Of a DNA stretch of 64,000 nucleotides, positions 22,599-33,076 are shown piece by piece; the first letter of the stretch is position 1; each line of letters begins with the position of its first letter. The notes beneath the pieces were generated by a model, which did not search any database, was not told where the DNA came from, and saw nothing but the letters and a program-made list of their open reading frames with translations. Origin of the DNA: Diplonema japonicum (Eukaryota; Protista; Euglenozoa: Diplonemea). The position numbers and the translations under genes are program-made. Location of the stretch: positions 434,001 through 498,000 of the forward strand of contig OZ025687.1 of the NCBI GenBank assembly GCA_964019335.1, in the 5' to 3' direction.

Positions 22599-23056
22599 TA
22601 ATTCCTTACCAATGTTTCCCTGTTGTGTCCCCCCCACACTTTCCCCATCATCTTCTTTTTTCTTTGTTAGTGGGCGCCGTTGCTAACCACTTCGTTTCCT
22701 ATCATAATGACTTCTTTTTCTTTTCTTTTTTTTTGCGCTAAAACTATTCACTTGGGTTTTTAGGGCTAGAACGAGAGAGAAGAGGAAAAAAAAAAATAAA
22801 TAAATAAAAAAATAAAGCTACGTTCAGGAGATGCCTTCTTCATCCATGAAAGTACTAAGGACGGGCTGAGCGGGTAACAAAAAAAAATCTTTGGGAGAAC
22901 AAAAGAAAAAAGAACAAAAAAAAAGTGTGGTAAATCGTGTACCCTCCCCCCCCCCCCCCCCCCCCCCTTCCTTTTAGAAAAAAATATTCGAAAACAAGAA
23001 AAAGAAAATATAGGAAGGGAGAAGAAAAGAGTATTAAAAAACGGATACCACGTTAT

Positions 23057-23089
<33 letters not shown>

Positions 23090-23427
23090 GTTGCCTCCCC
23101 CCTTTTTTTTTTCTTCCCCCACCCAATCCCTTTGTGTTGTTTTGTCAAGGGGGGAAGAAAAAAAAAACCCTCAAAAAAAAAAGGGGGAGGAAAACATTTT
23201 TCCCATTTCTTTTTTCTTCTTCTCCCCCCCCCCCCCCCCCTCTTTAGTCGAGTTGTTGCCTCGCTCACCCATGTCCACCCCTCGTATTCATCCCCATCTC
23301 CTTCCCCCCCCCCCCCCCCCCTTATTCACTCCTCACCCATTGTTATATTTCTTTTTTTTTTAATGATTTCATAAATTAATTCAAAAAAAAATCAGATACA
23401 CCCTTTTAAAAAAAAAAAACCGTAAAA

Positions 23428-23955
23428 ATGGCACAGAATAGAAGCGAGGCACAACTGAAGGAAAGACTATGGGGCCAGATGAATGAGAAGATAAAACAGC
23501 AAAAAGAGAGAGAAACGAACGAGCGGTTGCGAAGACAGGCGTCAGGCAACAGGTGGGGGAGGGGCACCGGGCCTGGAGATATGCTGAAACATCTACAAGA
23601 GAGAGGCTTGGTGATGCGACATGGCGCACTGGTGAGGGATCCAGGCCATTCGAGAGGACAACATGAATGCGAGTGGGACACGTGGCTAAGTGAAAACACT
23701 ACTCTGACTTCAAGTGTTTCTATCTCAAAAGGAGAATGTACCATATGCGTTGGGCCGCTTGCCTGCCAAGACAAGCACAAGGTGTGTTTCGTGCGCACTC
23801 TACCTTGTCTGCACACTTACCATCAGGTTTGCATTGATAAGTGGCTGATATCTTCTCAGACGTGCCCAACATGCCGATCCGACATTCGGCAATTGAACAA
23901 AGAAGCTGAGCAGCTGACGAGGAAGGGGTCGTACGTTAGGCGAAAAGTGCGGTAG
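23428..23955 (+). CDS. RING-H2 zinc-finger protein (putative E3 ubiquitin ligase)
   Basis: C3H2C3 pattern CTIC...LPCLHTYHQVCIDKWL...CPTCR. Confidence 0.9.
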   Translation: MAQNRSEAQLKERLWGQMNEKIKQQKERETNERLRRQASGNRWGRGTGPGDMLKHLQERGLVMRHGALVRDPGHSRGQHECEWDTWLSENTTLTSSVSISKGECTICVGPLACQDKHKVCFVRTLPCLHTYHQVCIDKWLISSQTCPTCRSDIRQLNKEAEQLTRKGSYVRRKVR

Positions 23956-24247
23956 GAAATGGGGGAAGGAAGAAAAAAAAAGAAAAAAAAAAACTATTTT
24001 TTAGCAACGAATTTTATGAACTTTTTTCTGTCACTACGAGTGAAATTCAAAAAAAAAAAAAAAAAAGAGAGAAAAAAATTCAGGAGAGGCCGTAGGCCTT
24101 GAGGGGTTTTTTTTTAAAAAAAAGTTTTTTTTTGTTTTGTTCAAGAAAGTTGACAAAAAGTTCGTTTGGGTGTGGAGGAAACAAAAAAAAAAAAAGAAAT
24201 GACTATTTACTAAATAGAAATCTGGCTGATTTTTATTTAGTATGATA

Positions 24248-24890
24248 TTTTACTTAATTTTTGCAAAGTTAAATGAGGAAATTTCGGACACTGTGAACCC
24301 TTTATGTTCACTTCTGCGAAATGTTCACACTGATGTCAAAACTAAGCCTGATTGCCTGAGAAAACGATGTCAAATTGACAGAATTCTGTAGGTTTTGTAC
24401 AATTTGTGTCGGCACTTGATCATCGCTCTTCAGAAACTGCTGGTTTTGTGCAGGGGCTTGATCAGGTCTGACTTCCAGCCAAAATAGCAGGTTCCTTCAT
24501 CAACAAGGTATCGTGTAAAAGAACGCCTGTATGCATAATTTTCGGCATTTGCCGGCCTCAGGTGTGATGCTTGGTGGCTCGGAAATGGTCCCTCGGGGCT
24601 TGAACCCTCCACCTCTGAAACCCTGGCCGAGGGTCCTGACCACTGACCTACGGCGGTGTTAGCGGCCACCAGATGCAAAAAATGAAGACGAATACCGAAA
24701 AAGCCCGAAAATTGCTCAGAGTAAAAATCAGATTTTACTTTGCATTTACTGCACTTTTTTAAGCCAAATTCGGCCTATTACTTTGCATTTATTCTTCACT
24801 TTGCATTTACTCTCGTGAACGGCAAAGTGATTTCTGATTTTTATGGCCCTTTAGAAATTTCCTCATGTAACTTTGCGGAATTAAGTAAAA
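24248..24890. mobile_element. MITE with ~37-bp imperfect TIRs
   Basis: ttttacttaatt...gcaaagttaaatgaggaaatttc (24248-85) pairs with gaaatttcctcatgtaactttgc..aattaagtaaaa (24854-90). Confidence 0.75.
24590..24658 (-). pseudogene. tRNA-derived sequence (pseudo-tRNA or SINE head) inside the MITE
   Basis: The minus strand has an A-box-like taggtcagtgg with a D-stem ggtc/gacc and a B-box ggttcaagccc at tRNA spacing. Anticodon and acceptor stems pair poorly. Confidence 0.55.
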
Positions 24891-25516
24891 AAAAAAAAAA
24901 CGGTGGTTTTTTTTTTTTTTGTTGTTTTACTCTTCAATTGTACTGCGTTCAGTATCCCTTTTTAAAGGAAAAAAAAAAAAAAAAAAAAAAAAAAAAGCCT
25001 AAAACTGGGGGGAAAGACGTCACGTTTTTGTCAGAATTATATAAAAAGAAAGGTGTCCCTTACCCAATTCGAACCGAGGTGAAAAAACAGGGGGGGGGGG
25101 GGGGGGGAATCGTGAATACAGTAAAATTGAGAAGAGTAAGAAGGGGGGGAAAAAAACACAATTCTAACCGATGGTACTTCTATCTCTCGATCCCCCTCCC
25201 CCCTTTTTTTTTCTTTTCTTTTTTCCGTGTCCTCATTTCTTGCCTCAATGAGGACAAAATACACATAAAACAAAACAATAAAATTCGAAGTGGCGTCAGC
25301 TGCTGCACTCCTAGGATAAAAAATATTTTATCATAAAAGAAGAGAGGGGATCATTGTTGCTTCCCAAGGATTAGTAGTGAAGCAAGAAGAAACTCGTAAG
25401 AGCTGGAACTTTCTCTATCCGACAAAAAAAAAATAATACAGTCCTCTTTTAATTCAATCAGTTCCTTTCCCACCCTTATAGGTGTTTCAGGGGGAAAGGG
25501 GAGAGACAGAGGGAGG

Positions 25517-25549
<33 letters not shown>

Positions 25550-26002
25550 AGAGGCAATTAACCCTCTTTTTGCTCACGTAAATTCAATAATCTTTTTTTC
25601 ACGAAGAAAAAAAAAAGAGAAGCAGAAGGGGGAGGAGGAGGGGGGGGGGGGGGGGGGGGGGAATAGGAGTGATACAAAAAACCCCCAGCGCCACGTAAAA
25701 GAAACTAATTTCTTTTCCCGCGTTTTTTTTTTGTTTCTTTTTTTTTTTTTTTTATATATCAGGGGACGTTCCAAAACAGGAACCTCCTTTATCTCATCTC
25801 TTTTTATATCATTCCTCCCCCCTTCTTCCCCTTTAAAAAAAAAATGCTCTCCTTGCTGTCTTCCTCCATCCCCCCACTCGTGTCGAAGAAAAAACGGCAA
25901 AAAAAAAACGGCAAAATTATTATTATTTTTTTTAAAATTTTTTTTTTATTCCGTTCCCTTGCATCGCAACCCTCATACACATCAGGTGTCTCTGGAAGAG
26001 AG

Positions 26003-26389
26003 ATGACTGCTATGGATAAGATCGGGGTTTTCGGGAACCCGTCATACATTTCGATTGGCGACGAGTATGACAAAAAGGCCATCGCCAGCGATCGGTATAA
26101 GGGGAAAGGTTTCTCGTCAAGCCCAGGAAAGAAAGGCCAAGGCCCAGATGTGACATTCGACAGGCGGTTCAAGTCTATACACGAGGGCGACAAATACGTA
26201 GACCCAGGCACACACGAGAAAAAATACAGGTTGGAGCAGGAGAAGAGGAAAATCACCTCAGACGGATTTAAGTACACCTCACCCGGAAAGAAAAGCTGCG
26301 GGTCCGGAAACTACTATGGTTGCTTCGCTGCAAAGGCAGGCTTCCCAAAACACGAGACTGAATACGACGTTACGAAAAGAGTATGGTGG

Positions 26390-26422
<33 letters not shown>

Positions 26423-26930
26423 TGAACTCCCCGAACGCGTGAAACCAACACCAAAGAACATTGTAACAGGTGCCAGCAGAAAAGGCACCTCGGGTATTAC
26501 AGACACATGTATAGGAGCACCTTATCGATACCAGTCGGATCCTTACGATGCTGAACACAAGCGAACGATGGAGGAGAATAGAACAAATCTGCAAAAACAG
26601 ATAGGAGGTGCGTTTAAAGCATGCAGCAGGGGCGGTGGGACTTTCGATAAAACCGAACAAGGGTCGTCGAAAATCTACTCCCTCGATAGACCTCTACCGC
26701 CGAAACGTGACTCAGAGAAAAAGTCCCAGCGGACTATTCCCGTGGCATTCAAGCCGTCCTCACCTGGTAAAAAAGGGTTCAACTGCACCATCAGCCCATT
26801 CCCAGAGTACAAGGAAGATCCATTGGAGCTTCAAGAAAGAAGAAAGAGGGAGGAGGCAAAACTGGCAAAACCACAAACCACTTGGAAACCGATCAGCGGG
26901 CCGAAATCCACGCCAACAAGGTGTTTGTAG
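26003..26930 (+). CDS. CFAP96: Cilia- and flagella-associated protein 96 (C4orf47/DUF4586-like); join(26003-26380,26421-26930)
   Basis: Motifs MDKIGVFGNPSYISIGDEY, FKSIHEGDKY, KKSCGSGNYYG and KNIVTGASRKGTSG; 40-nt poly(A) intron at 26381-26420. Confidence 0.8.
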
Positions 26931-26988
26931 AAAACTGGGGGAGAATTGGACTATATGTACATACGGACATTAGTAATAATGGGAACAT

Positions 26989-27047
<59 letters not shown>

Positions 27048-27124
27048 CTTCTTGGGGTTCTCGTTGCCACGTTGGATTGCCCTCGGTGTTTGTTTTTTTT
27101 TTTTTTTTATATTTATTCAAAAAT

Positions 27125-27865
27125 CATAGTATCCAGGGTTAACCGATCACCCGCGGGTTTTTAATTACAATCGGGTTTTAAATTGACGTCAAATGAAAGG
27201 CGAGCATGCAACCATGCTTAAAACCCTTATTATACGTATCCCGGCCCCCCCAGATACACAAAGCCGACCCCAGGGAGCATCAAAACGACTTAGAAAAGGA
27301 TTATTTTCGCGAAAAGAAGCGAAAAAAACAAATCGAAAATCAAAAATTAAAACAGGAGGAGAGCATGCAACCTTGCTTAAAACCCTTCGTTTCGTCCCTC
27401 GTGGCCCCCAGATACACAAAGGCGACCCCAGGGAGCATCCAAATGACATAGAAAAGGATTATTTTCCCGAAAAGCTGGTGCTTCCCTGTTTCAGGCAGGG
27501 TCCTAATTGGGAGCGAAATCAAAAGTCAATAATTAAAACGGGAGGAGAGCATGCAACCATGCATATAATAACCCTTCTATTCGTCCCCCAGGGGACATCA
27601 AAACTGCATTTAAAGCCTTAAATAAGGCTCTATTTTGGGTTTTAATGGCTGGAATGGGCTCAGGTCGTCAAAATAGGGTTTTTGAAAAAAAAAGATTTGT
27701 GCATGATCTTGGTCTTTTTTGCCAGAAATATGGGTTTTTGGACCGATCAAACCGATCCGAAATTAAAAAAAAAACCCATCATTAACCCGACGGTGATCGA
27801 AAATCTAAAATTGCTCGGGTCGGGTTTTAAAACCCGAAGGTGATCTGTTAACCCTGGATACTATG
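27125..27865. mobile_element. MITE with CATAG-initiated TIRs and internal ~160-bp direct repeats
   Basis: catagtatccagggttaaccgatcacc and ggtgatctgttaaccctggatactatg match at 26/27. Units starting gagcatgcaacc at ~27202, 27361 and 27546. No clear TSD. Confidence 0.8.
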
Positions 27866-27955
27866 AAAAAGAAATAAAAAAAAAAAAAAATACTCCCATC
27901 ACTTTTTTAAAAAACTTCTTTCCCAGGCAGAAAACAAGAAAAGCCAAATCGGTTC

Positions 27956-27993
<38 letters not shown>

Positions 27994-28559
27994 AGGATGT
28001 GTGTTGTTTTAATGAAAGAACGGCGGGGAAAAGTGCAAGATATCAGCAAAAAAGAAAAAAGAAAGAAAGAAAAAAAAAAGCTTTTAACCCTCCCCTTTAA
28101 AAAAAAAATTGTATCAGTGTTTTGACCGAAAGTAAACTGAAAAGAAAAAAAGAAAAAGTGACCTCGTGGGTCACAGCAGGATGGTTGGGGCATGCCGCCT
28201 CCTCCTGGAAAGGGGTTCTTTTTTATTCTCCTTTAACCGGGGTGAGGGGATAAAAAAAGGAAGGGCTACCCCCCCTCCCTCCGATCACCAAAAATAGTTT
28301 CTTTTTTTCCCTCTCCCCCCCCCACCTCCTTCCCCCCTTTTTAAAAATACTCTCTTGTGAATATCACTATGGGGTCATACCTCCCTTTCTCTTTTTTTCC
28401 CCCCCTTCTTTTTTTTTTTCCTTTCGTTTTTCTTCTCTCTTATTATTTTTTTTTTTCCTACACTTTTTTTTTTCCTTCTTTTTTTCTTCTTCCCCTTTTA
28501 TTTTCTTTTTTTTTTTTTATACTCCTTCCAATTTAAAAAAAAAAAAATATATATATATA

Positions 28560-29296
28560 TGTCCGAAAAAAAAATGTCAGCACTTTTTTGGGCACCTCCG
28601 AAAATTTCTTGTTTTGATTATTTGAGCAAAAAAAGGGCAGCATGCAACCATAGGAAGATAACATATATGGTGTACATGACGCCGTTCTTTCAATTGCGAA
28701 GCTTGTTTTGCCATGAGGGTGGCAGGCTTTGCAACCGGTTGCCCCCGGGAAGCGAAAAACAGAGGTCAGAAAAACGACGAAAAATATTTAAAATGCAGCT
28801 TAAAAGCTTGAAATGCAGCACCTAGGGTGCATGAAGGGTGGTGAACACACTGGTTTTTTCATCAGGGTTCGAACCCCACTTGTGCCATGTTTTTTCCACC
28901 GGAGCTGCTTCATTTTGTATAGTACAAAGTAAGGCAAATCGCCAAAAAAAAATTTATTACAAAAAAAAATTCCATGGGAACATTGGGCCCCGGACGCAAA
29001 TAAATCCATTCCAACCCTAGAAAAAGCAATTAGAAATTTTTTTAGCTCTTCAAAATGCGGGTTCTGGTGGGTCACTTAGCGAATATGGAGCGCTAAAAAA
29101 AACCATTCTAAAAAGCATGTTTTTGCACGTGCGTTTTAGAAATGAAACAAACGGCGTGTATTGTGACCTATATGGTGAACACACTTAGACCGCAATTCTG
29201 CACACAAAGTGGTGTCGGACTACTTTTGTACTTAGAAATTTTCCGAGGATTTTCCGTTGCAAAAGAGGGTCATTTGTTGACATTTTTTTTCGGACA
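28560..29296. mobile_element. MITE inserted in a (TA)n tract
   Basis: tgtccgaaaaaaaaatgtcagca and tgttgacattttttttcggaca form inverted ends, with TA repeats on both flanks. Confidence 0.75.
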
Positions 29297-29355
29297 TATA
29301 TATATAAACAGGCGGAGGAGGGGGGGAAAAAAAACAACAATTGATCACATGCCAT

Positions 29356-32300
29356 ATGCAAGCAAAGCGTGTAAACATCGAGCCCCCTGAGCAGGTTGTA
29401 AGCCAAGATCTAGGCCATGCTGCTTGTCAGCCGGATTCATCGTTGACTTGTAATATCGGTCTGGAGAATTATTGCTTCTCTTTGACACCGTTGGGAAGCT
29501 CTGCTGTTAACGTTGGTCGGCTGGGCTGCCTGCGCGGCGTCAGGAGGGCGGCAGGAAACGCGTCCAAACCATACGAGCCCCTCGCATTCTGCGGAATCGT
29601 CGCGGAACACCCCGCACGGTCACTTCTCGCAACGGGCCTCTTTTGGTTCTCATTCTGTTTGCTAACCGGTGTCCTCGTTCTCAGTGGAGTTGATGTGTTC
29701 CCAGCAGTCTTTGACCAGGTCCCGTTAAACATCATTGATGACCCATCATATATAAGATACGAGGCGTGGGTGAATGCTCCAGAAAGCGTAACCTACAAAC
29801 GATCAACCACTCCGGAAAAACGCACGAAAAAAGCAACCGGTGTGTACCTGCTGTACAAAACCAGCAACAACATCCTCACAAAAGAGATCCTGTCGAAAAT
29901 GCAATCCGAAGAAGCAACGCTTCCGGCCGTGGACGGGTACAACAGCTACTGCATGCTGTTGTACGGAAAGTGCATCCCGCAACTTTCTATAGTGGGGCTG
30001 TTCGATGGTACCCTCGCGAGGCTGTATTCTAACAGCGATGCGTTTTTCAACGCGACGCACGATCCAAGCTTTGAAAAAATCGGAGAAGTTGTCAAACAAT
30101 GGTGGGAAACCCTACCCGATGTTGTGGAAACTCTTGTCGGGAAGGATTTCGACGTGAAAATACCTCGCGTAAGCGTGGTGCGGACTGTATTTTGGTTCGG
30201 GTACCCAATCGAAGGCTATGATGACCCGGATGTCGAGACCAACGATCAGCTCAAGGTCATAAACACGTGGATCACCGACAACATGGCCGATAGGATTACG
30301 TCGATTTCTGTCCCGGGATGCAGGGTTCTGTACATGAATGAGGGTTTGGCGGGGAAAGCTGTCAAGGATCAAGTTGTCATGGATTTACTGCTCGCGGTGG
30401 GCTCTCTTTTCTTCGTGTGGAGTTTCATGTGGTTCCAAACACGGTCCTTGACAATCACCGCTGTGGGCATAGGCGGTATCTTGATGGCGTTTGTCGTGAC
30501 CAATTTGTTCTACAGATTCGTTTTGGGGTATAAATTCTTTGGAATTTTTCATGTTTTGTCGGTTTTCATAATTCTTGGAATTGGGGCTGATGATATATTT
30601 GTGTTTTACGACTCTTGGGTGCAATCGCGGTGTGCTTCTGAAGAGATACGGGAGTCTCCGTCGAAGCGGTTGTCGCTGGCGTACAGAAAGTCGATTGCCG
30701 CGATTCTAGTGACGTCTCTGACAACCATGTTCTCGTTTCTTTCGTCGGCGAACACGCCGCTGCTCGCGATGCACACTTTCGGGCTTTACTCAGCGCTGTT
30801 GATTCTGTTCAATTTCATCGTGGTCTGCACGCTGCTCCCCTGCGCTATGGTGGTGTGGGAGAAATATTTCATCCACCGAAAAATACTCTGTCTGCGATAC
30901 ACTTCGGAGTCCGTAACATACGGGTCGTCCTACGATACTGGCACCGAACTCGGCCCCGTTGACAGGTTTTTTAAAAACACGTGGAGCGCGATTGTCACGC
31001 ATAGAATCGGGAAATTCGTAATTTGTCTGATCTTCACAGTTGTGATCAGTGTTTTCGCCGCGGGGGCGGCGCGGCTTGAGGTCGACAAGGAGGACGTGAA
31101 AATATGGAAACCCGGTACAAACTGGCAGGATTTCAAAACGATAAATGCACAAGACATGACCGCCTCGGCAGAATCCTCCCGGGTTCAGATCCTAATAGCA
31201 TGGGGCCTTCACCCTCAAGACATGTCAGTGTGCGATGGACCGAGCGATTTCAAATGCAAAGGGGAAGTTAGATGGGATGACAGCTTCGACTTAAACCCTA
31301 AGCCGGCACAGATTGAACTACAGGACATCTGCGACACTATACGTAACCTATCACGAAACCCAAACCTCGCTGAGAAACTAGCTGTCAAGATCGATCGCAA
31401 CGGCGAAGTAGAGTTGAACTGTTTCATGAGCTTCGTCAAGCGTGAGTACGAGGAGCACGAGTTCCCGATATCAAAAGATTCTATCACTGCTGCGTCGCCG
31501 CAACTCGTGACGACATCTCCTTACAATGATAGTCTGACTTACTACAGATGGTTTGAGCTCGCAGTTGCTTCCCTAGCAGGGTTGGAGCCACGCCTTGCTC
31601 CAGTAGATATTGAGACACGAACCATATTCACAACAAAATTTGCCGGGCTGATGGGAGCTGTCGATGAGTCAAAATACGGTGCGAAAATGAAATACTCAGC
31701 AATTACAATAAACACGGATTTACTATATCCTGTTACGTTTGTAACAGGGCTTCCTGTTGATAGAAATTGGGAGAGTTTTTTGTCAGATATCCGGAAAGAC
31801 ATCGCACCGTCAATAAGCGGGTTTTGGCACATCGGGAGGAAAACGTCGAACGGTCTCCCCTCACGGCAAGGCGACAACTCGTTTCATTGGATGAAGGTTC
31901 AGGAGAAACTGGTGTCGACAGCGATCTCGGGCATCGTGTTGGGGCTTGTTCTGGCATTGATCGTTTTGATCTTCGCATCCGCCAACCTCATGGTAGGTTT
32001 CATTGCTGCATTTGTGATCGCTTGCATTGTAGTCATGGTGCTGGGAATGATTTACTACGTGGGTTGGAAAATTGGTGTTTTGGAATCTCTTAATCTCACT
32101 CTTGTTGTTGGTTTAAGTGTGGATTATGTTGTCCATCTTGCCCACGCTTACGTAGAAAGCGAGTCGGTCAGCAGGGATGATAAAGTTCGAGATTGTTTGA
32201 CAACCGTTGGGGTTTCTATCATATCCGGTGCAGCCACGAGCCTGGGATCCTCTCTGTTCATGCTTTTTGCGGAGATCGTGTTTTTTTTCCAGTTTGGGAT

Positions 32301-32736
32301 TTTTATGTTCGCCACCATTGGGTTTAGTGTTACGTTTTCCTTGGGGTTCTTCCCTGCACTGATGTCTATCATCGGACCGCAGGGAGAGAAAGGAGCGTTA
32401 ACCACTTCCTTCAGCTTCAAGAAGATACGAAACGGGTTCATTTATCTTAACCGTTCTAAGGGCAGGGATGGTATCATAGAGGAATGCCAGCTTTGTGACG
32501 GCTATGGGCATCATTTCAAGCCTGTTGAAGTAGAGACGCTCCCTTCTATGGCTCTTCGTCGGCGGGACCTTCTTGTTGCGGCCTTCAGTTCGAATGTGAT
32601 CACTCATGAGGAGTTCGTGCATGCAGAGCAAAGGTTGCGGCAAAGGGCGCACAGAGCATCCATTCAGAGACCGCACAACCCCCTTGTAGGGGTCCAAGGA
32701 AAAGGCTTCCTTACATCTGCTGACAACTTTGATTGA
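29356..32736 (+). CDS. Dispatched/Patched-family RND membrane protein with sterol-sensing domain
   Basis: About 12 TM segments in a 1+5/1+5 layout with two large luminal loops; GIGADD and GLSVDY GxxxD motifs; TSLTT. Confidence 0.9.
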   Translation: MQAKRVNIEPPEQVVSQDLGHAACQPDSSLTCNIGLENYCFSLTPLGSSAVNVGRLGCLRGVRRAAGNASKPYEPLAFCGIVAEHPARSLLATGLFWFSFCLLTGVLVLSGVDVFPAVFDQVPLNIIDDPSYIRYEAWVNAPESVTYKRSTTPEKRTKKATGVYLLYKTSNNILTKEILSKMQSEEATLPAVDGYNSYCMLLYGKCIPQLSIVGLFDGTLARLYSNSDAFFNATHDPSFEKIGEVVKQWWETLPDVVETLVGKDFDVKIPRVSVVRTVFWFGYPIEGYDDPDVETNDQLKVINTWITDNMADRITSISVPGCRVLYMNEGLAGKAVKDQVVMDLLLAVGSLFFVWSFMWFQTRSLTITAVGIGGILMAFVVTNLFYRFVLGYKFFGIFHVLSVFIILGIGADDIFVFYDSWVQSRCASEEIRESPSKRLSLAYRKSIAAILVTSLTTMFSFLSSANTPLLAMHTFGLYSALLILFNFIVVCTLLPCAMVVWEKYFIHRKILCLRYTSESVTYGSSYDTGTELGPVDRFFKNTWSAIVTHRIGKFVICLIFTVVISVFAAGAARLEVDKEDVKIWKPGTNWQDFKTINAQDMTASAESSRVQILIAWGLHPQDMSVCDGPSDFKCKGEVRWDDSFDLNPKPAQIELQDICDTIRNLSRNPNLAEKLAVKIDRNGEVELNCFMSFVKREYEEHEFPISKDSITAASPQLVTTSPYNDSLTYYRWFELAVASLAGLEPRLAPVDIETRTIFTTKFAGLMGAVDESKYGAKMKYSAITINTDLLYPVTFVTGLPVDRNWESFLSDIRKDIAPSISGFWHIGRKTSNGLPSRQGDNSFHWMKVQEKLVSTAISGIVLGLVLALIVLIFASANLMVGFIAAFVIACIVVMVLGMIYYVGWKIGVLESLNLTLVVGLSVDYVVHLAHAYVESESVSRDDKVRDCLTTVGVSIISGAATSLGSSLFMLFAEIVFFFQFGIFMFATIGFSVTFSLGFFPALMSIIGPQGEKGALTTSFSFKKIRNGFIYLNRSKGRDGIIEECQLCDGYGHHFKPVEVETLPSMALRRRDLLVAAFSSNVITHEEFVHAEQRLRQRAHRASIQRPHNPLVGVQGKGFLTSADNFD

Positions 32737-32770
32737 AAAAGAAAAAAGAAAAAAAAATACAGTTTCCACT

Positions 32771-32802
<32 letters not shown>

Positions 32803-33076
32803 CCACTGGTCTTCCTCTTTGCTTTTTTATCTGTTTCTTTTTTTTTTTTTTGCCTTGTTTTCTAGATTTTCTCGCCATTTTCGAGGGGGGGGAAAAAACA
32901 AGGAGGGGGGAACGTAAGATACAACCAAAAAAAAAATGAACGCGTAAAAGGAGAGGAGGAAAAAAAATAAACGAAAAGACGAAGAAGGAGGAAACCCCCC
33001 CCCCCCCCCCCTTTTGTACAACAATACGTGCGGGGAGAGAGCCGCAAAACAGAACAAAAAAAATATATATACTTAG

